Positions 24,139 through 36,390 of a stretch of DNA of 64,000 nucleotides are shown piece by piece. How positions within the stretch are numbered: the first letter of the stretch is position 1; each line of letters starts with the position of its first letter. A program made the translations under genes and the position numbers. The notes below the pieces were generated by a model that saw nothing but the letters and a program-made list of their open reading frames with translations, had not been told where the DNA came from and searched no databases. This stretch comes from Squalus acanthias (taxonomy: Eukaryota): positions 68,512,001 to 68,576,000 of the forward strand of contig CM059432.1 of NCBI GenBank assembly GCA_030390025.1, read 5' to 3'.

Positions 24139-27100
24139 ATTCTCGAAATCCGCGTTTCGGAGCCAGAGCTGCGGCTGGAGTCACTGTGGAGCATCCGCGA
24201 GGCTGAGATCTTTGTGGATAGCACGTTTAATGAGGTGGTCACGCTGCAGGTAAAGAGTGCACAGACAGACAGGGAATGGGTGACCGCCAGACAGAGTAAA
24301 AGAACTAGGAAGGTAGTGCAGGAGTCCCCTGGGTCCATCTCCCTCTCCAACAGATTTTCCGTTTTGGATACTGCTGGGGAGATGGTTTCTCAGGAGAATG
24401 CAGCAAGAGCCAAGTCCGTGGCACTACGAGTGGCTCAGCTGCACAGGAGGGGAGAAAAATGAGTGGGAGAGCAATAGTGATAGGGATTTCTATCGTAAGG
24501 GGAACAGATAGACGTTTCTGTGGCCACAGATGTGACTCCAGGACGGTATGTTGCCTCCCTAGTGCCAGGGTCAAGGATGTCACTGAGCGACTGCAGGACA
24601 TTCTGAAGGGGGAGAGTGAACAGCCAGAGGTCGTGGTCCATATCGGTACCAATTACATAGGTAGAAAGAGGGACGAGGTCCTGCAAGCAGAATATAGGGA
24701 GCGAGGAAAGAAATTAAAAAGCAGGACCTCAAAGGTAGTAATCTCAGGATTACTCCCAGTGCCACGTGCTAGCGAGAGCAGAAATAGGAGAATAGACCAG
24801 ATGAATGCGTGGTTGGAGAGATGGTGTCGGAGGGAGGGATTTAAATTCCTGAGGCATTGGGACCGATTCTGGGGAAGGTGGGACCTGTACAAGCTGGACG
24901 GGTTACACCTCGGCAGAAGCGGGACCAACATCCTCGCAGGGGGGTTTGCGAGTGCTGTTGGGAAGGATTTAAACTAGTTTGTTAGGGGGCTGGGAACCTA
25001 AGTGTGGGCCCAGAACGGAGAGAAACAAAGTTGGAAGTGCAAGTTAAAAAAATAGTCAGCAAAACTAGTAGGGAGCAGAAACAAAGGCCAACAGTAAAGA
25101 GGGTCAAAGTGCAGAAAAATATTAAACAGGCAAAGTTGAAGGCACTTTATCTAAATGCACGTAGCATTCGCAACAAGGTGGATGAATTAATGGCACTAAT
25201 AGAAGTAAATGGGTATGATGTAATTGCCATTACAGAGACATGGTTGCAGGGTAACCAAAGCTGGGAACTGAATGTTCCAGGGTACTCAACATTTAGGAAG
25301 GACAGACAAAAAGGAAAAGGAGGTGGCGTAGCACTGTTAATAATGGATGAGATCGGTACGGTAGAGATAAAAGATCTTGGCTTGGCAGATCGTGATGTGG
25401 ATCTGGAATCAGTTTGGGTGGAGCTAAGAAACAGCAAAGGGCAGAAAACATTGGTGGGAGTTGTGTATAGGCCACCAAACAGTAATGGTAATGTAGGGCA
25501 CAGTATCAATCAAGAGATTAGAAGTGCATGTAACAAGGGCAATACGGTAATCATGGGGGACTTTAATCTACATATTGACTGGGCAAATCAAATTACCACT
25601 AATGGTGTGGAGGACGAATTCTTGGAATGCATGTGAGATGGTTTCCTGGATCAGTATGTGGAGGAACCAACCAGGGAACAGGCTATTCTGGATCTGGTAC
25701 TGTGTAATGAGAAAGGGCTAATCAATAATCTTGTGGTAAAGGGGCCTTTAGGGACAAGTGACCATAATATGATTGAATTTTATATTAAGTTTGAGAGTGA
25801 TGTAGTCCAATCTGAAACTAAGGTCTTCAATCTAAACAGAGGAAACTACAAGGGTATGAGGGACAAGTTGGCCATGGTAGATTGGGAGACTACACTAAAA
25901 GGTATGAAGGTGGACATACAATGGCTAACATTCAAGGAAATAATGCATAATTTGCAACAAACATATATTCCTCTAGGGCATAAAAACCCAAAAGGAAAAA
26001 CGATCCAACCATGGCTAACAAAAGAAATTAAAGCTAGTATTAAGTCAAAGGAGGAAGCTTATAAAGTTGCCAGAAAAAGCGGTCAGCCTGAGGATTGGGA
26101 TCTTGTTAGAAATCAGCAAATGGGGACCAAGAAATTGATAAAGAAAGGGAAAATGGAATATGAGCACAAACTAGCGAAAAATATAAAAACGGATTGTAAA
26201 AGCTTCTATAGGTATGTGAAAAGGAAAAGACTGGCGAAGGTAAATGTAGGTCCTTTACAGTCAGAGACGGGAGAATTTATAATGGGGAATGAGGAAATGG
26301 CAGAGAAATTAAATAAATACTTTGTTTCTGTCTTCACGGAGGAAGACACAAAAATCCTCCCAGAAATACGAGAAAACCAAGGGTGTGACGAGAATGAGGA
26401 ACTTAAAGAAATTATTATTAGTAAAAAAACAGTACTAGCAAAATTAATGGGACTAAAAGTCGATAAATCCCAAGGACCGGATGACCTACATCCTCGGGTT
26501 TTGAAAGAGATGGCCATTGGAATAGTGGACGCATTGGTTGTCATCTTCCAAAATTCTATAGATTCTGGAATGGTTCCTGCAGATTGGAGGATAGCAAATG
26601 TAACCCCGCTATTTAAGAAAGGAGGGAGAGAGAAAACGAGGAACTACAGACCTATTAGCCTCACATCAGTAGTTGGGAAAATGCTGGAATCTATTATAAA
26701 GGATGCAATAACTGGGCACTTAGAAACTAATAGTAAGATTTGGCAGAGTCAACATGGATTTATGAAAGGGAAATCCTGTTTCACAAACCAATTGGAGTTC
26801 TTTGAGGATGTAACTAGTGGAGTAGACAAAGAGGAACCGGTAGATGTGGTGTATCTGGATTTTCAGAAGGCCTTCGATAAGGTTCCACACAAGAGGTTGG
26901 TGAACAAAATTAGGGCACATGGAATTGGGGGTAATATACTAGCATGGATTGAGAATTGGTTAACAGACAGAAAACAAAGAGTAGGGATAAACGGGTCTTT
27001 TTTCAGGATGGCAGGCTGTGACTAGTGGGGTACCACAAGGATTGGTGCTTGGGGCCCAGCTATTCACAATCTATATCAATGATTTGGATGAGGGGACTAA

Positions 27101-28050
27101 ATGTAACATTTCCAAATTTGCTGATGATACAAAGCTAGGTGGCAGTGTCAGTTGTGAAGAGGATGTGAAGAGGCTTCAAGGGGATCTCGACAGGCTCAGT
27201 GAGTGGGCGAGAACATGGCAGATGGAATATAATGTGGAGAAATGTGAAGTTATCCACTTTGGTAGAAAAAACAGAAAGGCAGAGTATTTCCTAAATGGTG
27301 AAAGATTGGGGAATGCAGATGCGCAAAGGGACCTGGATGTCCTTGTACATGAGTCACTGAAAGTGAATGTGCAGGTGCAGCAAGCCATTGGGAAGGCAAA
27401 TAGTATGCTGGCCTTTATTGCAAGAGGATTTGAGTACAGGAGTAAAGAAGTCTTACTCCAATTATATAGGGCCTTGGTGAGACCACACCTGGAGTACTGT
27501 GTACAATTTTGGTCTCCTTACCTAAGGAAGGATATACTTGCCATAGAGGGAGTGCAACGAAGGTTCACGAGATTGATTCCTGGGATGGTGGGACTGTCGT
27601 ATGAGAAGAGATTGAGTAAACTAGGCCTGGATTCTCTTGAATTCAGAAGAATGAGAGGGGATCTCATTGAAGCATACAAAATTATTACAGGGCATGATAG
27701 GATGGATGCTGGGAGAATGTTTCTCTTGGCTGGGGAGTCTAGAACCAGGGGCCACAGCCTCAAAATAAAGGGTAGGCCATTCAGGACTGAGATGAGAAGA
27801 AATTTCTTCACACAGAGGGTGGTGAATCTTTGGAATTCTCTACCCCAGAGGGATGTGGAGGCTCAGTCATTGGGTATATTCAAAACAGAAGTCGATAGAT
27901 TTCTGACTAGTAAGGGCATCAAGGGATATGGCGATAGGGCCGGTGAATGGAGTTGAGGCAGAAGATCAGCCATGATCTCATTGAATGGCGGAGCAGGCTC
28001 GAAGGGCCGAATGGCCTACTCCTGCTCCTATTTCTTATGTTCTTATGTTC
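24139..28050 (+). mobile_element. Nearly full-length CR1 LINE: partial ORF1 with SGNH/esterase domain, and ORF2 APE endonuclease plus RT with two lesions
   Basis: ORF1 24459-24977 (IVIGISIVRGTD, VVVHIGTN, DGLHL). ORF2 ~25004-27956 (YLNARSIRNK, ITETW, GDFN, SDH, FADDTKL) is broken by one stop at 25634-25636 and one frameshift near 27000. Tail (TTCTTATG)n. Confidence 0.95.
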
Positions 28051-28639
28051 TAAAAGGGACCTTGGGTTGGCATGTTTGATGCTTTCATACTTTTCAGACT
28101 GGGAGGCAGCTTTCGGGCATTTGGTCGTCTTCTTGATGACATTAGCTGGCAAGTTCGCGGTGAACTAGCACACACAGGGAGACCACGTGTAAGTTGTCCT
28201 CAGCTCCCCCTGATGAAAATACTTTGTTGTACTATTTGTGCATCAAAAGCAATGTGACAGGGTTTCACCACTCAACGAAATGAGCAGGACATCTCCGCCC
28301 ATCAAAGATCACACACGGGATAATTAAAATACCCAAGCCATAAAAGTTTCCACTCCTAAGACCAAAGGTTAAAACCAACTCTGTAACGACCTAAATTTGC
28401 TTGGTGTATGGTTTGGAACGACATAAATATCAAAATGTATTTCTTGTATGTTTTTTAGTTTATCATTTAATAGATTTTAAATCAGAATTTTAGTTTCAAA
28501 AATGCCCATTTCTACAATTCACATGGAAATTAATGCCCACTATTTCCTTGGAACTGCTTCCGCTCTGCCACCAGAGTGTAACGGAAACAGCGGTTACAGC
28601 AGCAGAACAGGTGCAAGTCCGAGGAAATTCTGGGCTAAT

Positions 28640-30895
28640 ATGCTGGAAACATGTTGGGAGATAGAATTCAATATCAGTAAGTGTGCGGTGATATATTTTG
28701 TTAAAAAATGTAGTAATAATAATACTTTGAATGGGGAAAGGTTGGGAAATGTGCAAAATCAGAGAGATTTGGGGATTCAGGTTCACAAGATGTTAACAGC
28801 AGAGTAAATTATGGGGCAATATGATAGTGGTGTTTAAAGTTATGAAGAGTTGGGGTAGATAAAGAAATAGTTTCCAGTGATTGAGGTATCTAGACCAAGG
28901 GGACATAGCGATAAGGTTAAATGTAAAAGATTTAGGACAGAAAGCAAGAGAAACCTTTTTACATAGAGCATTTTGAGGTAGTTGAATGCATTATTGGAGT
29001 TAATGAATGAAGCAGAGACCATGGCCGGGATTTTGCTCACTTAGGTGGGTCCGGAGTGGGCGACGGCGGTGGCGGGACCCAACCCCACTGCTGGCTCCAT
29101 CCCGCTCTGTGAAATGACTTTCCATTTATGGGGCTTGTTAAGCCCGCCCAGCGCGTTTGCCAGCCAATTAGAGGAAGCGGATCGGGTGACGTCATTTCAT
29201 GACGCGTCATCAGCCGCTTTCCTTAAAGGGACCATGGCCAACTTTATTTTGACATTTGTGCTGTCAAGTGTTCTACAGCATTGAGCTGCTGCAAACACTG
29301 ACAATGACTGCACCGAGGTGCAGGGCTGCACCCAGGTTCGCCCATGACTCCCTCCATATGCTTATGGAGGGACTCGCAGCACACAGGGAGGTCCTCTTCC
29401 CTTCCCATGGGCGGAAGAGACCTCCCCAGGATACCAACACGGCCTGGTTGCACATTGCACAGGAGGTCACAAGCAGGGATGTCGTCAGGAGGACCTGGGT
29501 GCAGTGGCGCAAACCTTTCAATGATCTCATTAGATCACGAAATATTAGTACGAAGCCTCTCATCGCATCCCCATCACTCTGCCTTCCCTACCCTACTCCT
29601 GCACATCCTTACTCACACCAACTTACCTTGCACCTCCACCCATCCCTCTCTCTCTATCTACATTATCACATCCCCATCTCAATCCAATCATACCAACTAA
29701 CAACACACAAGGGTAGCCACTTGGATGTTTTATCCAATGTTCATGTAAAGTTTCTGTTAATGTGCTGTCAAACATTGAAAACTTTATTTTCAACACTTTG
29801 TGCTCTTGGACAGATTTGCATGCACCTTTGGAAGTGGCTTAGTGAGTTGCAGTGAATGGTGAGACATAACGGTACCCCCCACAATGGTGGTGAGTGTGAA
29901 AGGAATGGCTTGGACATTGTAAGGATGCTTTATGGTGTTGCTGTGGGGTGGTGCCAACCTGGCGCATCATGTGGCAGCCAGGGTGTACAGCGTCAAGTGA
30001 AATAAATCTGGCCATGGTGAAGCCATCCCTGGCCTCTTGGGCAGCAATGTGCTCAGGTGCTGATGCCCTCTGTCCTGTGCAGCATCAGGTGATTGCGGAG
30101 AAGGTTGGTGTTGTTGTTGGTGCTGCTGGTGTGCCTGATGTTGGGGCTGATCGTGGTCGGATTCTGAGGACCAAGGTGAGACAGTATAAAGGGTAACCAT
30201 GTTGATGAAATACATGGCAGATGAAGTAGAGATGACAGAAGCATTATGTCAATGGTGAGAGAGTTCTTCCAAAGAGGTGATACTGGATAGAGAGTGGAAA
30301 GTGGAAAGCCTGCAGAATCTGTGCTGGAAATGGACTGAGAAACAACTTGTGGCTGAGGAAAGTGATGATCTGTCAGGTGAGAGCTTTCATTGTACACTTG
30401 AAGCTGTCAAGGAATCAGCTGGAGCAATGGCTACTGAACTCCCGCCTCAGGTTGGCAGCCGTGGTCCCCGAGCAGCCTGGTTCCCGTGGCCATGGAGTTA
30501 AAGTGAAAAGGTAAGTTAAAAATCCTGTTAATGATCTGTCAACAAGGAAATAATGAGATTAATGGGGTCAGCCGCCGCTGCCTGTCGTTTCTGCTCAGCA
30601 CTGACAGACCTAACATTGGGAAAGGCACGTGGCAGCAGGTCCCAACCCGTTGTGGAAAAAAAGCAATTTCCCAACCGACCCACCACCGATTGCACCCGCT
30701 CACCCCCCGCAAAATTCCAGCTCATGTCAACATTTAGGAATAAGTTGGATCAGTGGCTGAAGTATGGAGAGATAAAGGAAAATGGGAACAGGGCAGACAA
30801 CTGGGATTCAGACTACTGCTCATGTGGAGGATAAATACCAACATGGACTAGTTGTGCCATTTCCATGTTGTAATTTCTATATAATTCTATGTAAT
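28640..30895 (+). mobile_element. Old CR1 3' remnant (28640-29022 and 30723-30895) split by a Harbinger element
   Basis: IEFNISKCAVIYF...LNGERLGNVQNQRDLG. The flanks join as GAAGCAGAGACCAT|GTCAACATTTAGG. Confidence 0.7.
29023..30722 (+). mobile_element. Complete 1.7-kb non-autonomous Harbinger element with an open Myb/SANT exon 1 and a deleted transposase
   Basis: TIRs GGCCGGGATTTT/AAAATTCCAGCT, TSD CAT (29020-29022, 30723-30725). ORF 29256-29855 contains APRFAHDSLHMLMEGLAAHREVLFP...AWLHIAQEV...RTWVQWRKPFNDL. Confidence 0.9.
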
Positions 30896-31871
30896 TAAAG
30901 GTTACTGAATTACGCCTCTCTGCTGTCCATTTCATTCAGCCTGATTAGCCTTTCTTGCAAACCAATGTTTCATAACACCACTGTGATCACCAGCTGGTTT
31001 CTACTCATCACTGAGGTTTTGATCCATTAAGCTTAGGGCAGGGTCTGCAATAGTCTTGTCACATCATATGGCTTGGGTTTGTGGACTTCCTATGTTAAAT
31101 TAATGCTAAATCCACGCAGATTCCATTTCTGGAGAGCTTACTGCTTTCTTAATCACAGTCTTCTGTCACCTTTCCATGACTTCTAATTCACCAGCCATGA
31201 AACAGGAAGTTAGGTACTGTGCCACTTGTTCACAAGCTCCATTTCATAGAGTGATCGAATAGTACAGCACAGAGGGAGATCATTCGGCCCATCGAGCCTG
31301 CGCCGGCTCTTTCGAAGGGCAATCCAGTTCGTCCCACTCCCCTGCTCTCTCCCCATATTCCTGCAATTTTTTCTCCTTCAAGTATTTATTCAATTCCCCT
31401 TTGAAGGCTGTTATTGAATCTGTATCCACCACCCTATCAGGCAGTGCATTCCAAATCCTAACCACTCATTGCATAAAAAAGTTTTTCCTCATGTCACCTC
31501 TGGTTCTTTTGCCAATCACCTTAAATCTGTGCCCTCTGGTTATCGACCCTTCAGCCATTGGAAACTGTTTCACTTTATTTACTCTATCTAAACCCTTCAT
31601 GATTTTAAACACCTCTATCAAATCTCCTCTTAGCCTTCTCTGTTCCAAGGAGAACAACCTCAGCTTTCTAGTCTATCCAAGTAACTGTAATCCCGCATCC
31701 CTGGAACCATTCTAGTAAATCTTTTCAGTACCCTCTCCAAAGCCTTCATGTCCTTCCTAAAGTGTGGTGCCCAAAATTGGACACAATACTCCGGCTGGGG
31801 CCGAACCAGTGTTTTATATAGGTTTAGCATAACTTCCTGGCTTTTGTACTCTCTGCCTCTATTTATAAAGC

Positions 31872-32001
31872 GGGTTCGTGATTTTTTTTTTTTATAGTCC
31901 AACAGTTTTATTTGAAATCACAAGCTTTCGGAGCTATCGCTCCTTCCTCAGGTGAAGTAAATTGGATACAGAATCGCCTATAACCTGGTGTTGTGCGACC
32001 T
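31872..32001. mobile_element. 130-bp Penelope-derived mini-insert
   Basis: Flanked by a 15-bp duplication CTCTATTTATAAAGC (31857-31871, 32002-32016); shares sequence with 37631-37844. Confidence 0.8.
31918..31955 (-). ncRNA. Minimal type I hammerhead ribozyme motif, core intact
   Basis: The reverse complement reads TCAC-CTGAGGA-A-GGAGC-GATA-GCTCC-GAAA-GC-TT-GTGA: stem I TCAC/GTGA, 5-bp stem II, and palindromic AGCT replacing helix III. Confidence 0.75.
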
Positions 32002-32533
32002 CTCTATTTATAAAGCCCAGGATCCCATATGTTTTATTAACTGCTTTGTTAACCTGTCCTGCCACCTTCAAAGATTTGTGCACAAGCACCTCCTCCACCG
32101 CCCCCCAACCCCCCCCCCCCCCCCCCCCCGCCACCCCACCCCCACGCCCAGGTCTCTCTGTTCTTGCATCCCTTTTAAAATTGTATCATTTAGTGTGTAT
32201 GGTCTCTCCTCATTCTTCCTACCAACATGTATCACCTCACACTTCTCCTGTGTTGAATTTCAACTGGCATGTGTCTGCCCATTCCACCAGCCTGTCTATG
32301 TCTTCTTGAAGTCTATTACTATCTTCCTCACTGTTTACTACACTTACAAGTTTTGTGTCATCTGCAAATTTCAAAATTGTGCCACTGTACCCCCAATTCC
32401 AAGTCATTAATGTTTATCAAAAACAGCAGTGGTACCTGGTACTGAACCTTGGGGAACGTCACTGTATACCTCCCCATCTGAAAAACAGCCATTCACCACA
32501 ACTCTGTTTTCTATCCTTTAGCCAAATCTGTAT

Positions 32534-35500
32534 CATAGAAACATAGACATAGAAGATAGGAGCAGGAGTAGGCCATTCGGCCCCTCGAGCCTGCTCCGCC
32601 ATTCGATGAGATCATGGCTGATCATCTAAACTCAGTACCCTGTACCTGCCTTCTCCCCATATCCCTTGATACCTTTAGCTTTAAGAAATATATCTAACTC
32701 AACCTTGAATATATTTAATGACTTCGCCTCAACTACCTTCTGTGGTAGAGAATTCCACAGGTTCACCACTCTCTGGGTGAAGAAATTCTTCCTCATTTCT
32801 GTCCTAAATGGTTTACCCGTTATCCGTAGATTATGACCCCTGGTTCTGGTCTCAACCAACAATCGTGAACATTCTTCCTGCATCTAGTTTGTCCAGACCT
32901 GTCAGAATTTTATATGTTTCGATGAGATCCCCTCTCATTCTTCTATACTCCAGTGAGTATAAGCCCAATCGACCCAATCTCTCCTCATATGTCATTCCTG
33001 CCATCCCAGGTATCAGCCTTGTGAATCTTTGCTGAACTCCTTCCATGGCAAGAACATCCTTCCTCAGATAAGGCGACCAAAACTGCACACAGTACTCAAG
33101 GTGTGATCTCCCCCAGGCCCTGTACAACTGCAGCAGGACATCCCTGCTCCTATACTCAAACCCTTTCGCTATGAAGGCCAACATACCATTTGCCTTCTTC
33201 ACCGCCTGCTGCACCTGCACGCTTACTTTCAGCGACTGGTGCACAAGGACACCCAGGTCTCGTTGCACTTCCCCTTCTCCCAATCGATTGCCATTCAGAT
33301 AATAGTCTGCCTTTCTGTTTTTGACACCAAAGTGGATAACCTCGCACTTATCCACATTATATTGCATCTGCCACGCTTCTGCCCACTCACCCAACCTGTC
33401 CAGATCATCCTGGAGTTTCTCGGTATCCTCCTCGCAGCACACACTCCCACCCAGCTTTGTGTCATCTGCAAACTTGGAGATATTACATTTAATTCCCTTA
33501 TCTAGATCATTAATGTATATTGTGAATAGCTGGGGTCCAAGGACCGATCCCTGCGGTACCCCACTAGTCACTGCTTGCCACTCGGAAAAAGACCCATTAA
33601 TTCCTACTCTCTGCTTTCTGTCCGCCAACCAGTTTTCTATCCAAGTCAATACCTTGCCCCCAATCCCATGTGCCTTAACTTTACACGCTAATCTCTTATG
33701 CGGGACCTTATCGAAAGCCTTTTGAAAGTCCAAATACACCACATCTACTGGTTCTCCCTTATCTATTTTCCCAGTTACATCCTCAAAAAATTCCAGTAGA
33801 TTAGTCAAGCATGATTTGCCTTTTGTAAATCAATGTTGACTTTGTCCGATCCTGTCACTGTTTTTCAAATGCTCAGCTATTACATCCTTTATAATGGACT
33901 CTAGCATTTTCCCCACTACCGCTTTCTCTCTACCACCCTTTTTGAATAGTGGGGTAACATTAGCTACTCTCCAATCCATGGGTACAGTTCCAGATTCCAT
34001 CGAATGTTGGAAGATGATCAGCAATGCATCTACTATTTCTAGGGCCACTTCCTTAAGTACCCTAGGATGTAGATTATCAGGCCCTGGGGATTTATCGGCC
34101 TTCAATACCATCAATTTCCCTAACACCATTTCCCTGCAAATACTGATTTCTTTCAGTTCCTCCCTTTCATCAGCCCGTATGTTCTCCAACATCTCTGGGA
34201 GCTTATTTGTGTCCTCCTTTGTGAAGACAGAACCAAAATATGCATTTAATTGGGCTGCCATTTCTTTGTTCCCCATTATAACTTCCCCCGCTTCTGACTG
34301 CAAGGGACCTACACTTGATTTCACTAATCTTTTTCTCTTCACATATCTATAAAAGCTCTTACAGTCAGTTTTTATGTTCCCAGCAAGCTTACTTTCATAT
34401 TCTATTTTCCCCTTCTTAATTAATCCCTTTGTCCTCCTTTGTTGAATCCTAAACTGCTCCCAATCCTCAGGGCTACCGCTTTTTCTGGCCAATTTATATG
34501 CCCTCTCCTTGGATCTTATGCTATCCCTAATTTCCCTTGTTAGCCACGGTTGAGTCACCCTTTTTGTTTTATTCTTATGCCACACTGGGATGTACAAATT
34601 CTGTAGTTCATCCATGCAGTCTTTGAATGTTTGCCATTGCCTATCCACAGTCAACCCCTTGAGTGACATTCCCCAATCAATCCTACCCAATTCGTGCCTC
34701 ATACCATCGTAGTTTCCTTTATTTAAATTCAGGACCCTAGTCTCTGATTCAACTACTTCACTCTCCATCCTAATGAAGAATTCTATCATATTATGATCAC
34801 TCTGACCCAAGGGGCCTCGTACAACAAGATTGCTAATTAATCCTTTCTCGTTACATAATACCCAGTCTAAGATGGCCTGATCTCTGGTTGGTTCCTCGAC
34901 ATATTGTTCCAGAAAACCATCTCGTAAACATTCTAGGAATTCCTCCTCCACAGTATTTTTACTAATTTGGTTAGCCCAATCTATATGTAAATTAAAGTCA
35001 CCCATGATGACTGCTGTGCCCTTACTGCATGCTTCTCTAATTTCCCTTTTAATGCCGTCCCCAACCTCCGTATTACTGTTTGGAGGTCTATATACCACTC
35101 CCACTAACGTTTTCTGCCCCTTGTTATTTCTCAGTTCTACCCATACAGATTCCGCATCATCAGAGCTAATATCCTTCCTTTCAATTGTGTTAATCCCCTC
35201 TTTAACCAGCAATGCTACCCCACCTCCCTTTCTTTTTTGCCTATCTTTCCTAAATATTGAATAACCCTGGATGTTGAGTTCCCAGCCTTGGCCACCCTGG
35301 AGCCATGTTTCTGTAATCCCAATCAAATCGTATTCATTTACCTCTATTTGCGCAGCTAATTCATCCACCTTGTTCCGAATGCTCCTTGCATTAAGACACA
35401 AAGCCTTCAGGCTTGTTTTTTTAACGCTTTCAGACCTATATGAATTATTATTTACTATGACCATGTTTGATTTAAACTGTTGAGTTCTTTGCCTTCTACT

Positions 35501-35885
35501 TTTGTTTTTCTCCTTGTCTTTAGCTTTTATCCTTATTTCCCTTTCCTCTGTCTCCCTGCTCAGGTTCCCATCCCCCTGCCACTTTAGTTTAAACCCTCCC
35601 CAACAGCACTAGCAAACACTCCGCCTAGGACATCGGTCCCGGCCCTGCCCAGGTGCAGACCATCCCGTTTGTACTGGTCCCACCTCCCCCAGAACCAGTT
35701 CCAATGTCCAATCCCTCCCCCTTGCACCATTCCTCTAGCCACGTATTCATTTGAAATATCCTCCTATTTCTACTCTGACTAGCACGTGGCACTGGTAGCA
35801 ATCCTGAGATTACTACGTTTGAGGTCCTCTTTTTTAATTTACCTCCTAACTCCCTATATTCTGCTTTTAGGACCGTATCCTTGCT
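32534..35885 (-). mobile_element. Young CR1 LINE: end of ORF1 plus ORF2 with few lesions
   Basis: ORFs 33830-35464, 32852-33808 and 32632-32883. Lesions are one stop at 33830, an in-frame deletion removing the NYRPVSLTS motif (KGGREK|AVVGK) and a frameshift near 32850. Tail CATAGAAACATAGA. Confidence 0.95.
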
Positions 35886-36219
35886 GCTACTGCCCCTTTT
35901 ATCCCATGGGCTTCAATTTTGCTAACAAGCCTAGTATGTGGTACCTTATCAAACGCCTTTTGAAAGTCCATCTACACAACATCCACTGCACTGCCCTCAT
36001 CCAGCCTCTCTGTTACTTCACCAAATTCTCTATCAAGTTAGTCAAACACGATTTGCTCTTAACACGATTTTGTACTTCTATCTTGGGGTTTGCCTTTCAT
36101 TTCTTTTGGTCTGCTTCTTCTTTCTCCCCAGACAGCCTTTGGAAAGGAGGATAAATATTTTTAAACTTTTTAAAAGTTGGAAGAATTTTTGGAGCTCCTT
36201 AAAAGTAATATTGTCTGCA

Positions 36220-36390
36220 GTCCAAAAATGTGTGGGTTAGGTTGATTTGGCTATGATAAATTGACCCTTAGTGTTAGGAGGGATTAAATATGTGGGGTTA
36301 TGGGGATAGGATGGGATATGTGTACTGTGGGGATTAAAGCAGGGACAGGGTACTGGATTTGGATGATCAGCCATGATCGTATTGAATGTA
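36220..36390 (+). mobile_element. V-SINE fragment
   Basis: Near-identical to parts of 7625-7845. Followed by a Penelope tail fragment (36450-36550) with a decayed hammerhead motif. Confidence 0.8.

Larger units (their letters stand above)
31250..36065 (-). mobile_element. Older CR1 remnant in three pieces (31250-31871, 32002-32533, ~35890-36065)
   Basis: RT and C-terminal motifs (LVRPQPEYCVQFWAP, FSLEQRRLRGDLIE, DFQKAFDKVPH) continue across two younger insertions. Confidence 0.8.

Noticed and set aside
23348..24253. 301-aa ORF as a host RT gene
   Set aside because: It is a chance fusion of an L2 tail, a CR1 fragment and the start of the next CR1.
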